Counted from the first letter of the stretch, positions 8,565 through 18,256 are shown. The stretch: 44,914 nucleotides of DNA from a virus (IMGVR_UViG_3300025267_000025:1-44914), one strand, 5' to 3'. Notes: generated from the letters alone by a model not told the origin. Numbers and translations: made by a program.

Positions 8565-9376
8565 TGGACTGTTTGAACATTCAAATTCCATCAGTGCGGC
8601 CTTCGATCCTGGAGACGCTCAGAACGTTTGACGAGCACTTTGCCGATCCTTTCGCGTTCTCTTTCACAGTGCACGGAAGGCATGAGCCGGAAGTCGAGAA
8701 GGAAGTCAGAGGCCATCACAGGGTCATCGACTACATTCCGCAGGCGGATGAAGCAAGGCCATCAATGTCTAAACTTCGTCGTGCGATGAATGTTCCGGGT
8801 CAGGAGCTTTGGATGGCGCTTGATGATGACGCTCGGTTCACGGAAGGTTCTGAGCGTTATTATTCCGAGTGCGTCAAGGCAGTGATCGAGGCGCGGGAGG
8901 ATTTCGGCAGGCCAATCTATCTGGGTACGGATGGTGCGTTCGGCTCTCGTTTTCACGGCGACCGCATCCACCTATCGAGGACGAATAGTCTGATGCCGAA
9001 CGGAAAGGGGCTGATATTCTGCGGCATCAACTTCGCGGGCGAGCGCTTCGATTTCATGGACAGGGTTGAAGGGGGTCTTGAAGACTTCCTATTCTGCTGT
9101 GCGGCAATCGAGCACTTCAATGCCGTTCCTCTTAAGCGGTTTTTGAACCCGACGAAGAACCACAAGTCAAACGAAGAACAGCGCAAGAGCAGCTTCATAC
9201 ACGACTACGACGTTTGGATGGCGAACGCAGTAAGGTTCATTCGCCAAATGTCCGGCGAGTACAGTTGGGTGATGCCAATAGGAATGGGAGACAAGGGGCC
9301 AAACAAGAGCAAGTGCCCCAGGCCATACATCAGAAGAACCGAAGCGTTGATGAAAGAGTTCCCCAAATATGCGTAA
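8564..9376 (+). CDS. Putative GT-A fold glycosyltransferase
   Basis: IPS.RP N-terminus, WMALDDD (DxD) and LEDF motifs resembling phage DNA-base glycosyltransferases. Confidence 0.6.
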   Translation: MDCLNIQIPSVRPSILETLRTFDEHFADPFAFSFTVHGRHEPEVEKEVRGHHRVIDYIPQADEARPSMSKLRRAMNVPGQELWMALDDDARFTEGSERYYSECVKAVIEAREDFGRPIYLGTDGAFGSRFHGDRIHLSRTNSLMPNGKGLIFCGINFAGERFDFMDRVEGGLEDFLFCCAAIEHFNAVPLKRFLNPTKNHKSNEEQRKSSFIHDYDVWMANAVRFIRQMSGEYSWVMPIGMGDKGPNKSKCPRPYIRRTEALMKEFPKYA

Positions 9377-9767
9377 GGAAACCCCCGTTCAAGTTCTTGA
9401 ACGTCTCACCGAAATGAAGAAAGCGAAGGGCTCGGAGTATTCTGATGGCCTCAACCTCAAAGAGTCATACGAGGTTCACGGAGAAATCATGGCTGCGCTG
9501 TTTCCGGTCGGCGTCGGTCTCAGGAGTGAGTCTGACTTCGCCCGCTTCGGCGTCCTGAATATGATCGTGTCCAAACTGTCTCGATACTGTTTGAACTTCG
9601 ATAAGGGCCATCACGATAGCGTTGACGATTTGATCGTTTACGGATCAATGTTGGCCAGCCTCGATTCCATAGCCTTCGGCCAGGAAAAGCCTGCCGGCGG
9701 CGTGGTCGTCTCGAATGTCTCGGTGAACGACGAAGAAGACAAGGGCGAAGTCGTGGAACGTCGATAG
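9369..9767 (+). CDS. All-alpha nucleotide-modification-associated protein (Nmad1/DUF6378-like)
   Basis: K...Y...; K.SRY....H.DS..DL.VY pattern. Confidence 0.6.
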   Translation: MRKETPVQVLERLTEMKKAKGSEYSDGLNLKESYEVHGEIMAALFPVGVGLRSESDFARFGVLNMIVSKLSRYCLNFDKGHHDSVDDLIVYGSMLASLDSIAFGQEKPAGGVVVSNVSVNDEEDKGEVVERR

Positions 9768-9927
9768 CGTCTCGCGAGGACGCGCGGAGAGGGGCGGGAC
9801 GCTTCCCCCGAGGGTTCCGGCCCCTCTCGACAATCCCGCGAACAGGCGGGCGGATTTCGAGGCCTACGGGCCTTCCCCTCTCTCTCGAAGGAAACGGACG
9901 CGCGAAACGGCGCGGAAGGGCTGATAA

Positions 9928-10464
9928 GTGGACATCATAGTATTTGATACGGAGACCACGGGTCTTCTCAAGAACCGTTTGTCTCCACTCGACAAGCAAC
10001 CTCAGATCATCGAACTATACGCGATGCGTCTTGACAAGGACCGAAAGAAGATTGATGAGATAGATGTTCTGGTTAACCCCAAGAAAAAGCTTGACGACAT
10101 CATCACGAAGATTACGGGGCTAACGGACGATGACTTGCGAGACGCAAGTGATTGGGCTGGGGTCCACGATCAAGTTCATAAGTTCTTCAGCGCGGCGCCC
10201 GCTCGCGTGTTCGGTCACAACCTATACTTTGACCTTGAGATGCTCAATCTCGAATACAGGCGGATGGGCTGTGAAGACTTAGTGCCGGCTGAGAAGGTCT
10301 GCACTGTTGAGGCGACCGAATACATCAAGGGCTATCGCTTGAGCCTTTCGGCACTTCATGAATATCTTTTCGGCGAGGCTTTCGAGGGCGCACACCGGGC
10401 GAAGATTGACGTTGAGGCGACGGCGCGCTGCGTCATTGAAATGGAAGGTCGAGGCATATGCTAA
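9928..10464 (+). CDS. dnaQ: DEDDh 3'-5' exonuclease (Pol III epsilon-like)
   Basis: FDTETTG, GHN..FD, AHRA..D. Confidence 0.88.
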   Translation: MDIIVFDTETTGLLKNRLSPLDKQPQIIELYAMRLDKDRKKIDEIDVLVNPKKKLDDIITKITGLTDDDLRDASDWAGVHDQVHKFFSAAPARVFGHNLYFDLEMLNLEYRRMGCEDLVPAEKVCTVEATEYIKGYRLSLSALHEYLFGEAFEGAHRAKIDVEATARCVIEMEGRGIC

Positions 10465-13328
10465 AGGTCAGGACCGGATACTCATTTCGATCCGCTGTCG
10501 GATCAATCGGCGAGGCCATCGAGGCGTTCAAGGCAGCAGACGCGACGAAGGCTGCGATTGCTGACACTTCGTCCTCATACGGATTTGTTCGCTGGAAGAA
10601 AGCTTGTCTGGCTGCGAACCTTCAGCCGATCTATGGCGTTGAGCTAGCTGTCTCGCCGGACATTCACGCGAAAAAGGTGACGACGGACTATTGGTCATTC
10701 TTCGCCGTTGATGATTTGGAGCCGCTCAACCAGCTTGTCTCGACTGCTACAAGCCAGTTCAGATACAATCCTCTCATCACCTACGAACAGGCCATCGACA
10801 ATCCACTTATCAAGGTTGTCGGCCATCGTGCGCTTCTTGACAGGATCGAAAGCTGGGCTGAGGACGCAGAACTTTCGCGCCTGTGGTTCGGCCTGTCTCC
10901 AGCCGTCTCGACTGGCTATTTTCGATCCGTTCAAAGAACGAAGTTTGCCGACCGATGGGTTGCGACCTCCACAAACCGATACATCACCGAGGACCAGTTT
11001 GGGCTCTATGAGACCATCTGTGGACGGAACGCGAACACCCAGACGTATCCGCAGCACTTTCTGTCCAAAGACGAATGGCGCCGAGAGGCGGACAGGATCG
11101 GGCTGACGGACGAACAGGCGCAGGATGCGCTGGAGAACGCGGAGAGGCTGTTTGATGATGTTACCGCCGAGCTTCCTAAGGCGACGCTCGCTAAGCCGGA
11201 ACGCCCCGATACCCTCAGGAATATGTGTGCCGAAGGTGCGAAAAGGCTCGGCGTGGACCTATCGGATGAGACGTATGCGGATCGTCTCGACAGGGAATTG
11301 GGCCTCATCGAGGATAAAGGATTTGAAGACTACTTCTATATCATGTCTGATATTTGCTCTTGGGCTCGTGATCGGATGCTCGTTGGTCCTGCTCGCGGCT
11401 CTGCTTGTGGTAGCCTGGTGTGTTATTTACTCCGTATCACGACTATTGATCCGATCCCGCACGGACTGATTTTTGAGCGGTTCATCGACATCAACCGGCC
11501 AGACCTTCCTGACGTTGACGTTGACTTTTCGGACACCAAGCGTCACCTCGTCCTTGAATACATCAAGCAGAAATACGGCGAGGACAGAGTATCTCAGCTG
11601 GGAACGGTCGGCATGTATCAGCCGCGCTCGGCGCTAAACGAAGTGGGCGGAGCATTCGACATTCCCAAGTGGGAAACTGAAGCCGTCCTCGATACTCTCA
11701 TCAAACGTTCGTCTGCGGACAGTCGCGCGCAAGACAAGCTTGAGGACACGATCAACGCGACGAAGGAAGGCAAACAGTTCGCGACTAAGTATCCGTTCGC
11801 TCGCGTGGCCTACGACATGGAAGGGCGCCCGAGATATCCGGGCAAACACGCGGCTGCGATCCTGTTGACCGAGAAGCCGGTGCGAACATACGTTCCCGTG
11901 GACGAGCGCGCGGGCACGACGATGTGCGATAAGAAGGATGCGGAGGAATTAGACTTTCTCAAGATTGACGCGCTAGGCTTGACTCAGCTTTCGATCCTTG
12001 AGGAGGCGATGGAACAGGCCGGTGTGGATCGTTCCGTGCTCGATGAATTGGAGCCGAACGATCCCAAAGCTTTTGAGGTCATGAACGATAAGAAGTTCAC
12101 GGGCATTTTCCAGTTCATGGGAGCGGCAGTGAAGTCCCTCGCTACACGGATCAAGTTTGACCGCTTCGATGATTTCTCGGCATTGTCCGCGCTCGGAAGG
12201 CCAGGGCCGCTCGCGACGGGCGGCGCCGACGAATGGATCGCAGTCCGCAACGGACTCAAAGAGCCCTTCTATCCTCACGAAGTCTTCAAGCCTTATCTTG
12301 AAGAGACGCTTGGCGTTATCATCTATCAAGAGCAGGTCATGACAATCGGTCGTGAGATCGGCGGGCTGTCTTGGGAAGACGTCACGGCACTTCGAAAGGC
12401 CATGTCCAAAAGTCTCGGCAAAGAGTATTTCGATCAGTTCGGCGACAAGTTCAAGTCCGGCGCTGAATCGAAGGGCGTGCCGCGAGAGACTTGCGAAAAG
12501 CTTTGGGACGATATGTGTGCCTACGGAGCGTGGGCGTTCAACAAGTCTCACGCCGTCGCCTACGGACGGATCAGCTACTGGTGTGCTTGGATGAAGGCAT
12601 ATCATCCGTATGAGTTCGCCGCCGCGACGCTGACCCACGAAGGCGATCCTAAGCGCCAAATCGAAATCCTCCGTGAACTCGCGAGAGAAGACATCAACTA
12701 CACGCCTGTTGATCCTGAGATCAGCGACGATAAGTGGCGCGTGAAGAGGAAGGAGGGCAAGACTTATCTCGTTGGTCCGGTCACGGCGGTCAAGGGCATC
12801 GGGCCGAAGATGGCGAGCCAGATCATATCGTGTCGTCAGCTTGGCGCTCCGCTCCCGGAACGGGCTCAGAAGCTTCTTGCGAACGCGGTCACGCCGGTCG
12901 ATAGTCTGTACCCTGTGCGTGATGCCGTGGCTCGTAATTGTCCGCCTCTCGATGAGATGAACATTTTGTCCGAACCCGTCCCATTACATAAGATCGGGCC
13001 GGACCATCACAACAAGAGTTTTCTGGTCATCGTTCGCATCGACAAGATCAAGCCGAACGATGAAAATGAAGAAGTGTATGTCGCAAGGAGAGGCGGCAAG
13101 AGGATTTCAGGGCCACATACTACTCGACTTATTCTTAAGATATCAGATGACACTGACGAAATAGTCGCGAAGGTTCACAGGAACCATTACGACAAACTGG
13201 GCAAACCGATTGTGGAACTGGGCGGGGCCGGCAAGGTCATATACGCGCTGAAGGGTCAACTCGCCTATTTGGACGGGTTCAGACTATTTAACATCCACAG
13301 AATCAAATACCTTACGAGGCTGGCGTGA
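10458..13328 (+). CDS. dnaE: DNA polymerase III alpha subunit (family C)
   Basis: GPARGSACGSLV.Y.L.IT.IDP, FERF, PDVDVDF, KIDALGL, GIFQF, RPGP, YQEQVM, FNKSHA. Confidence 0.96.
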   Translation: MLKVRTGYSFRSAVGSIGEAIEAFKAADATKAAIADTSSSYGFVRWKKACLAANLQPIYGVELAVSPDIHAKKVTTDYWSFFAVDDLEPLNQLVSTATSQFRYNPLITYEQAIDNPLIKVVGHRALLDRIESWAEDAELSRLWFGLSPAVSTGYFRSVQRTKFADRWVATSTNRYITEDQFGLYETICGRNANTQTYPQHFLSKDEWRREADRIGLTDEQAQDALENAERLFDDVTAELPKATLAKPERPDTLRNMCAEGAKRLGVDLSDETYADRLDRELGLIEDKGFEDYFYIMSDICSWARDRMLVGPARGSACGSLVCYLLRITTIDPIPHGLIFERFIDINRPDLPDVDVDFSDTKRHLVLEYIKQKYGEDRVSQLGTVGMYQPRSALNEVGGAFDIPKWETEAVLDTLIKRSSADSRAQDKLEDTINATKEGKQFATKYPFARVAYDMEGRPRYPGKHAAAILLTEKPVRTYVPVDERAGTTMCDKKDAEELDFLKIDALGLTQLSILEEAMEQAGVDRSVLDELEPNDPKAFEVMNDKKFTGIFQFMGAAVKSLATRIKFDRFDDFSALSALGRPGPLATGGADEWIAVRNGLKEPFYPHEVFKPYLEETLGVIIYQEQVMTIGREIGGLSWEDVTALRKAMSKSLGKEYFDQFGDKFKSGAESKGVPRETCEKLWDDMCAYGAWAFNKSHAVAYGRISYWCAWMKAYHPYEFAAATLTHEGDPKRQIEILRELAREDINYTPVDPEISDDKWRVKRKEGKTYLVGPVTAVKGIGPKMASQIISCRQLGAPLPERAQKLLANAVTPVDSLYPVRDAVARNCPPLDEMNILSEPVPLHKIGPDHHNKSFLVIVRIDKIKPNDENEEVYVARRGGKRISGPHTTRLILKISDDTDEIVAKVHRNHYDKLGKPIVELGGAGKVIYALKGQLAYLDGFRLFNIHRIKYLTRLA

Positions 13329-15550
13329 AAAAGTTCATCACTTCCCTTACTGATATTGATCCGATTGCGGAGTATCTTGCGAGGATCGGCGCTGAGGAAA
13401 GGTCGCTGCGGGCAGCAGTGATCAAAGATCAGAAAGGCGCCTACTGGGTTGACGTTTGCGTTGTCCGTTTCACCAAGGACGGCGTGTTGCTTCCGAAGGG
13501 CATGGAGGAATACGAACCAACGGACGCCGAGGCCAAGGCCATCGAGAGGGCGATGGATGACTATCAATGGCCGACCAGCGTTCCGGTTGATTCGTTGGCG
13601 GACCTTCCTGAGGAGGTTCGTGCTGTTGATCCTGATAATCGCTTCGTGTTCCGAAACACCAACGATCAGATTGTCATGGTTCAAGTTCGCATCGAGAACG
13701 CGAAGGGGGAGCGGGCATACGTTCCGTGGTCATACTGGTCGGATGGGAAGTGGCGCAGAGCAGAGCCGGAAGGGCCGCTGCCGCTTTGGGGCCTGGAAAA
13801 CATCGGCGACCATACTGTTGCGTTCGTTCATGAAGGGGCGAAAGCTGCGCGTCGAATGCAGCAGCTGTTCTACGGCGCTGACAAGGAAGCGGCGCGGGAG
13901 CATCCGTGGTATGACGAATTGTCCGTAGGCGTCCATATTGGGTGGATCGGCGGGGCCTTGTCGCCGAGGCGAACGGATTGGACCGCACTCAAGAAGGCGG
14001 GCATCAAGCGGCTCTATATTGTCTCAGACAATGATGCGCCAGGCAACAGCGCCGTTCCGCAAATCGCCGAACAGAACCATATGCCTTGTTATCATGTCCA
14101 GTTCACTCAACAGTGGCCGGCGAGTTTCGATCTAGGCGATGAGTTCCCTAAGCACTTCTTCAGAAAGAAGGGCGATAACGTCTTCTATATTGGGCCTTCA
14201 TTCCGCGACTGCGTTCAACCGGCGACATGGGCCACGGATATGAAGCCGAGCCCGACCGGCAAGGGAAGGCCGCACGCTGTGCTTCGTGATCACTTCGCCG
14301 AGCTTTGGGCTTACATTGAAGAAGTTGACATGTTCGTTTGTAAGGAAATGCCGACGATCATCAGGACTGACAAGATTCTAAACAATATGCTGTCAGCCTT
14401 CTCCCACGTCTCGAATACGACCCAGCATATCGTGAAAGCCTATCGAGGTCGCCAGACGAAGCTTTGCTACAGACCGGACGAAGACGGACGAATGATCATG
14501 GACGATGGTTCGCCCGCGATCAATCTTCATGTTCCTACCTCGATCAAGCCAGCGAAAGGCGACATCAAACCATTTCTCCAGTTCATGGAGTATATGTTTC
14601 CGAACTCGGACGAACGGCATACGGTCATGCGATGGTGTAAGACGCTCATTGCCCATCCAGAAGTCAGAATGGAATACGGACTGTTGCTTGTCAGCGTCAC
14701 GCAAGGCGTCGGCAAGACAACGCTCGGTTCACGGATATTAGCGCCGCTGGTTGGCCTCCACAACGTCTCGCAAACGCAAGAGACGGAAATCGTGGACAGC
14801 AACTTCAACGGATGGGTCGCCAACCGGCGCCTTGTCGTCGTGAACGAAATCTACGCGGGCCACAGCTGGAAAGCATACAACAAGTTGAAGGAGCTGATCA
14901 CGGACAAGATGATCAGCGTCAACAAGAAGTATGAGCGTCCATACATGATCCAGAACTGGGCGCATTTCTTCTGTTGCTCCAACTCGATGCAAGCTCTCAA
15001 AATGGAAGGGGACGACCGCCGTTGGTTCTATCCGATGATCACGGAAAAGTCTTGGGACAAACGATCATTCCAGAAGTTCTATGATTGGCTTGAGTCAGGC
15101 GGACTCTCTATCATCTATCACTGGGCACTCAACTCGCCGGACATTCAGCCGGTCACTCCCGGCGAACGCGCGCCGATGACCGCTCGCAAGAAGATGTTGA
15201 TCGAGGAGTCAAGATCGGAGGCTCAGCAAGAGGCCGTCGCGCTCGCCAACGAGATCAAGAGCAGAACGGAACCGCTCGCAATCTCGACCAAGGCCAGCCA
15301 TATATGGATCATCAATTCTGATCGTACACAGAAGGTATACGATAAGGAGTTTGAGATCAGGAAGGTTATGAAGGACGAAGGATTGATCGAATACGAACGA
15401 AGGCTCAAGATTGGGGGCCGAATGCATTACGTCTTGTTGAATGAGTCCGCCTACAGAGGATTGGAGGGAAAGGACGAAAACGAGCGCAACTCATTCGTCC
15501 GTTCACATCTTACTGGGCCGGAAGCGGTGTTCAACGAAGTAGCCATGTGA
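13325..15550 (+). CDS. Primase-helicase (TOPRIM plus DUF5906/SF3-type P-loop)
   Basis: HEG and SDND TOPRIM motifs; QGVGKTT, VVNE, CSN, DDRRW. Confidence 0.85.
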   Translation: MKKFITSLTDIDPIAEYLARIGAEERSLRAAVIKDQKGAYWVDVCVVRFTKDGVLLPKGMEEYEPTDAEAKAIERAMDDYQWPTSVPVDSLADLPEEVRAVDPDNRFVFRNTNDQIVMVQVRIENAKGERAYVPWSYWSDGKWRRAEPEGPLPLWGLENIGDHTVAFVHEGAKAARRMQQLFYGADKEAAREHPWYDELSVGVHIGWIGGALSPRRTDWTALKKAGIKRLYIVSDNDAPGNSAVPQIAEQNHMPCYHVQFTQQWPASFDLGDEFPKHFFRKKGDNVFYIGPSFRDCVQPATWATDMKPSPTGKGRPHAVLRDHFAELWAYIEEVDMFVCKEMPTIIRTDKILNNMLSAFSHVSNTTQHIVKAYRGRQTKLCYRPDEDGRMIMDDGSPAINLHVPTSIKPAKGDIKPFLQFMEYMFPNSDERHTVMRWCKTLIAHPEVRMEYGLLLVSVTQGVGKTTLGSRILAPLVGLHNVSQTQETEIVDSNFNGWVANRRLVVVNEIYAGHSWKAYNKLKELITDKMISVNKKYERPYMIQNWAHFFCCSNSMQALKMEGDDRRWFYPMITEKSWDKRSFQKFYDWLESGGLSIIYHWALNSPDIQPVTPGERAPMTARKKMLIEESRSEAQQEAVALANEIKSRTEPLAISTKASHIWIINSDRTQKVYDKEFEIRKVMKDEGLIEYERRLKIGGRMHYVLLNESAYRGLEGKDENERNSFVRSHLTGPEAVFNEVAM

Positions 15551-15572
15551 GGAACGATCCGGGAACGGAAAG

Positions 15573-15848
15573 TTTCTTTTCGGAAAGGGAGGGGTTCGGA
15601 TCAACCGTGAACAGACGTGTTCGTTTCGACCCCGTTCCAGTTCAGGAAATTGGCCGGAAAACCGACCGCCGCGCTTTTCGTGACGCGAGACGAGAAAGGG
15701 CCGCGGCATATCGAATATCGAGGGATCGGGATCGGATCGAAACCCTAAGTTCCAAGAGTTTCGAGAAAAGAAAGAAGAGAGGAGAGATATTGTTCCGAGA
15801 GTTCCCGAAAAACGCTGTTCGGGCCGATCCCGATCCTTTCCGAAAAGA
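15573..15848 (+). repeat. Dispersed non-coding element with 14-bp terminal inverted repeats
   Basis: TCTTTTCGGAAAGG (15575-15588) / CCTTTCCGAAAAGA (15835-15848); inverted homolog at about 41265-41507. Confidence 0.8.
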
Positions 15849-15872
15849 CATGAGAGTTGAGAAGGAAAAGAA

Positions 15873-17687
15873 GTGACCAAGACGATACAAATTGAAGGCA
15901 ACAAAGCTTTCGCAGAGGGGCCGCTTTCTGATGAGGAGTGGCTGAACGTCCGAAAGATAGAAGGCAAGAAGTCATGGATTGACGACGAAAGCTTGCGGTT
16001 TGAGCCCACACCGTTCAACCTTTCGCTGTTCCCGTCTCGAATTGTCGCCGGGGAAGGCGGATCGGACGGGAAGGGGGCGGAGAGCGCCGAGGGCGAGCGT
16101 TCCGGCTCTCTCGCTGTCGGCGCCTTCGAGGGCTTCTCTTCGCCGACACTCGGCGAGCCTCGCGAGGAACAAAGGGGTGTTTCGGGCCGATCGGTCGCCG
16201 CCGAGGCCGATCCCGCCGAGGGCGTCCTTGAAGGGCCTGAATTTGACGTTTCAACGTTCACGGAACATCCGAGATATCGCAGTGCCGTCATGCTCGATGG
16301 AGACGGGAATGAGCTCAAGAGATATCCTCACCAGCTGGAGGCGGTTCACAAAGCAAGAACCCGCCGCAACCTCGCCCTATTCGCAAAAGTTGGTCGCGGC
16401 AAATCGAAGGCGGCCACTGACATCATCCTCGAAAGGTTCGTTGACGGAAGGTCTGATCAAGCCATCGCGGTGATGAAGAAGAACCTCCTATGGCAATGGG
16501 CTCATGAAGAGTTCCCCAAGCAAGCCGGAACGGTTGACGGAAAGCCTGTTGATTTCGTGGCCTGGCATTGGGGTGAGAAAGAGCCCAAGCGGAAGCCCGG
16601 CCAGTTCCGCCTGTTCTGCGTCAACTACGATATGATCCGAACCAAGAGGGGTTGGGCAGCAGTCGAAAAGTTCTTGGGCGAGGGGCGCACGGACGTTCTG
16701 TTTGATGAGAGCCACCAGATCAAGAACAAGGCCAGCCAGCGTTGGAAAGCGGCCAATAAGCTCCGTGAGCGTTGCGACTTCGCCATGATGATGACGGGAA
16801 CGCCGACCGCCCGCGACCTATTGGACGAATGGTCTCAGTTCTATGCCCTCGATTGGAAGATCGTCGGCGTGAAGTATAAGACTTCGTTCCAGCAAGAGTA
16901 TTGCGTCATGGGAGGCTTTCGCGGCAAACAAGTCATCGGCCATCGGAACGTTGAGAGGTTCAATCGCAAGATTGCTCCCTACACGGTCTATGGTGGCGCA
17001 GCGACTTCCGGCATCGAGGAGGCTTATCGCAAGATCATCTTTGAGCTTTCGGACGAACAAAGGGCAATCATCAAGCGGCTCAAAGACGATATGGAGGGTC
17101 TGACATTCAACAATGAGTTTGAAGAGAAGGCTACCGCCATGTCATTCTTCGTCCGTGTTCAACAGATAACGAGCGGATACATTCCGGCCACAGAAGAAGG
17201 CCCGATGGTGGTCCTCGATGAGAACCCAAGGCTTGATGCTCTCGAAGAGTTGAAAGAGGAGTTGCCAGGGCCGCTCATCGTTTGGTGCCGGTTCGTCGCC
17301 GACACACACATGGTGGCCTCTCGCTTCGGATCGAAGGCGTTGCGGGTCGCGGGCGATGTTAGCGACGCCGAATGCCAAGAGGCAGTTCAGATGTTCAAGA
17401 AAGGGGAATTGGACGTTCTCGCCTACTCGATGATGAAAGGCACCGAGGGGATGAACCTTCAGGGGAAGGATCGTTCGCAGGCGTTCTATTCGCACACGAA
17501 CGATTCACTTATCCGCTGGCAAGCCGAAGGCCGTTTGCCGAGGCCAGGCGCTTCAGGGTATCTTGGGAAGTTTGACTTGGTTGCGCGAGCTTCGCCTGAT
17601 GTCAAGATAATGCAAAATCTCAAGACCAAGCAAAGCTTCGCGGATTTCAAGATGAGTGGCCTCATCGAGGCTATATCTGACGTTTAG
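15873..17687 (+). CDS. SNF2-family (SF2) helicase
   Basis: YPHQ, GRGKS, DESH, TGTP, EGMNLQ, QAEGR..R.G. Confidence 0.9.
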   Translation: MTKTIQIEGNKAFAEGPLSDEEWLNVRKIEGKKSWIDDESLRFEPTPFNLSLFPSRIVAGEGGSDGKGAESAEGERSGSLAVGAFEGFSSPTLGEPREEQRGVSGRSVAAEADPAEGVLEGPEFDVSTFTEHPRYRSAVMLDGDGNELKRYPHQLEAVHKARTRRNLALFAKVGRGKSKAATDIILERFVDGRSDQAIAVMKKNLLWQWAHEEFPKQAGTVDGKPVDFVAWHWGEKEPKRKPGQFRLFCVNYDMIRTKRGWAAVEKFLGEGRTDVLFDESHQIKNKASQRWKAANKLRERCDFAMMMTGTPTARDLLDEWSQFYALDWKIVGVKYKTSFQQEYCVMGGFRGKQVIGHRNVERFNRKIAPYTVYGGAATSGIEEAYRKIIFELSDEQRAIIKRLKDDMEGLTFNNEFEEKATAMSFFVRVQQITSGYIPATEEGPMVVLDENPRLDALEELKEELPGPLIVWCRFVADTHMVASRFGSKALRVAGDVSDAECQEAVQMFKKGELDVLAYSMMKGTEGMNLQGKDRSQAFYSHTNDSLIRWQAEGRLPRPGASGYLGKFDLVARASPDVKIMQNLKTKQSFADFKMSGLIEAISDV

Positions 17688-17917
17688 TCCGGCTCAGGAC
17701 AATAAGCCAGGAAGTCACCCGTCACGGTCTCGATTTGACGCTTGGTCTCTTCGGCATCGTGGCGGGAATAGGTCAACGGAAATTCATCCGTGCAAGGCGA
17801 GCACCAGAAGCCGTCCGGGCACCCGCTAATCTCGTTGAAGCTTGTTCCGCACGCCGTCAGAGACAGGCTTGTCAGTGCGAGAGCGGCGCAGATTGTCCGT
17901 GAGCTTCTCTTTAGCAT
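17684..17917 (-). CDS. Putative o-spanin (Rz1-like lipoprotein)
   Basis: Basic N-terminus, hydrophobic stretch and lipobox LTAC; overlaps the i-spanin candidate. Confidence 0.65.
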   Translation of the reverse strand: MLKRSSRTICAALALTSLSLTACGTSFNEISGCPDGFWCSPCTDEFPLTYSRHDAEETKRQIETVTGDFLAYCPEPD

Positions 17918-18044
17918 ACAGATCACTTTCCAGTTCGCGGACGCGAGACTTGAGCTTGCCGATCCTCTCGGATTGTCTGCCCACGAAGTAAATAACGAGG
18001 ACCGCCGAAGCGGCCCCCGCAATCGCCAAAGGCCAGGAGCGCAT
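17826..18044 (-). CDS. Putative i-spanin (Rz-like)
   Basis: N-terminal TM helix then coiled coil; in lysis module. Confidence 0.6.
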   Translation of the reverse strand: MRSWPLAIAGAASAVLVIYFVGRQSERIGKLKSRVRELESDLYAKEKLTDNLRRSRTDKPVSDGVRNKLQRD

Positions 18045-18256
18045 TACGCTTCGCCGTCCGGCTTATTGTCCGCCCGCAGAGTTTCGCCGACCTGGATCAT
18101 TGCTTCCGCCGCGCGGTCAACAACCATATCCAGCATCGGGTCTTTCTCAATGACGTTAGCATCGAGGTCGCGTGCCGCCTCCTTGATGGCAGTCGCCGCA
18201 ACAGGGGCGAGAGCAAGAACAGCCATCTCAGCGATTTGCTTCAGATTCATCTTCAT
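18044..18256 (-). CDS. Small hypothetical protein in lysis module
   Basis: AAGGA RBS; stop overlaps next start. Confidence 0.55.
   Translation of the reverse strand: MKMNLKQIAEMAVLALAPVAATAIKEAARDLDANVIEKDPMLDMVVDRAAEAMIQVGETLRADNKPDGEA

Noticed and set aside
13255-13285. QLAYL in DnaE as a beta-clamp motif
   Set aside because: Poor match to QL[SD]LF and probably within the OB-fold strand.
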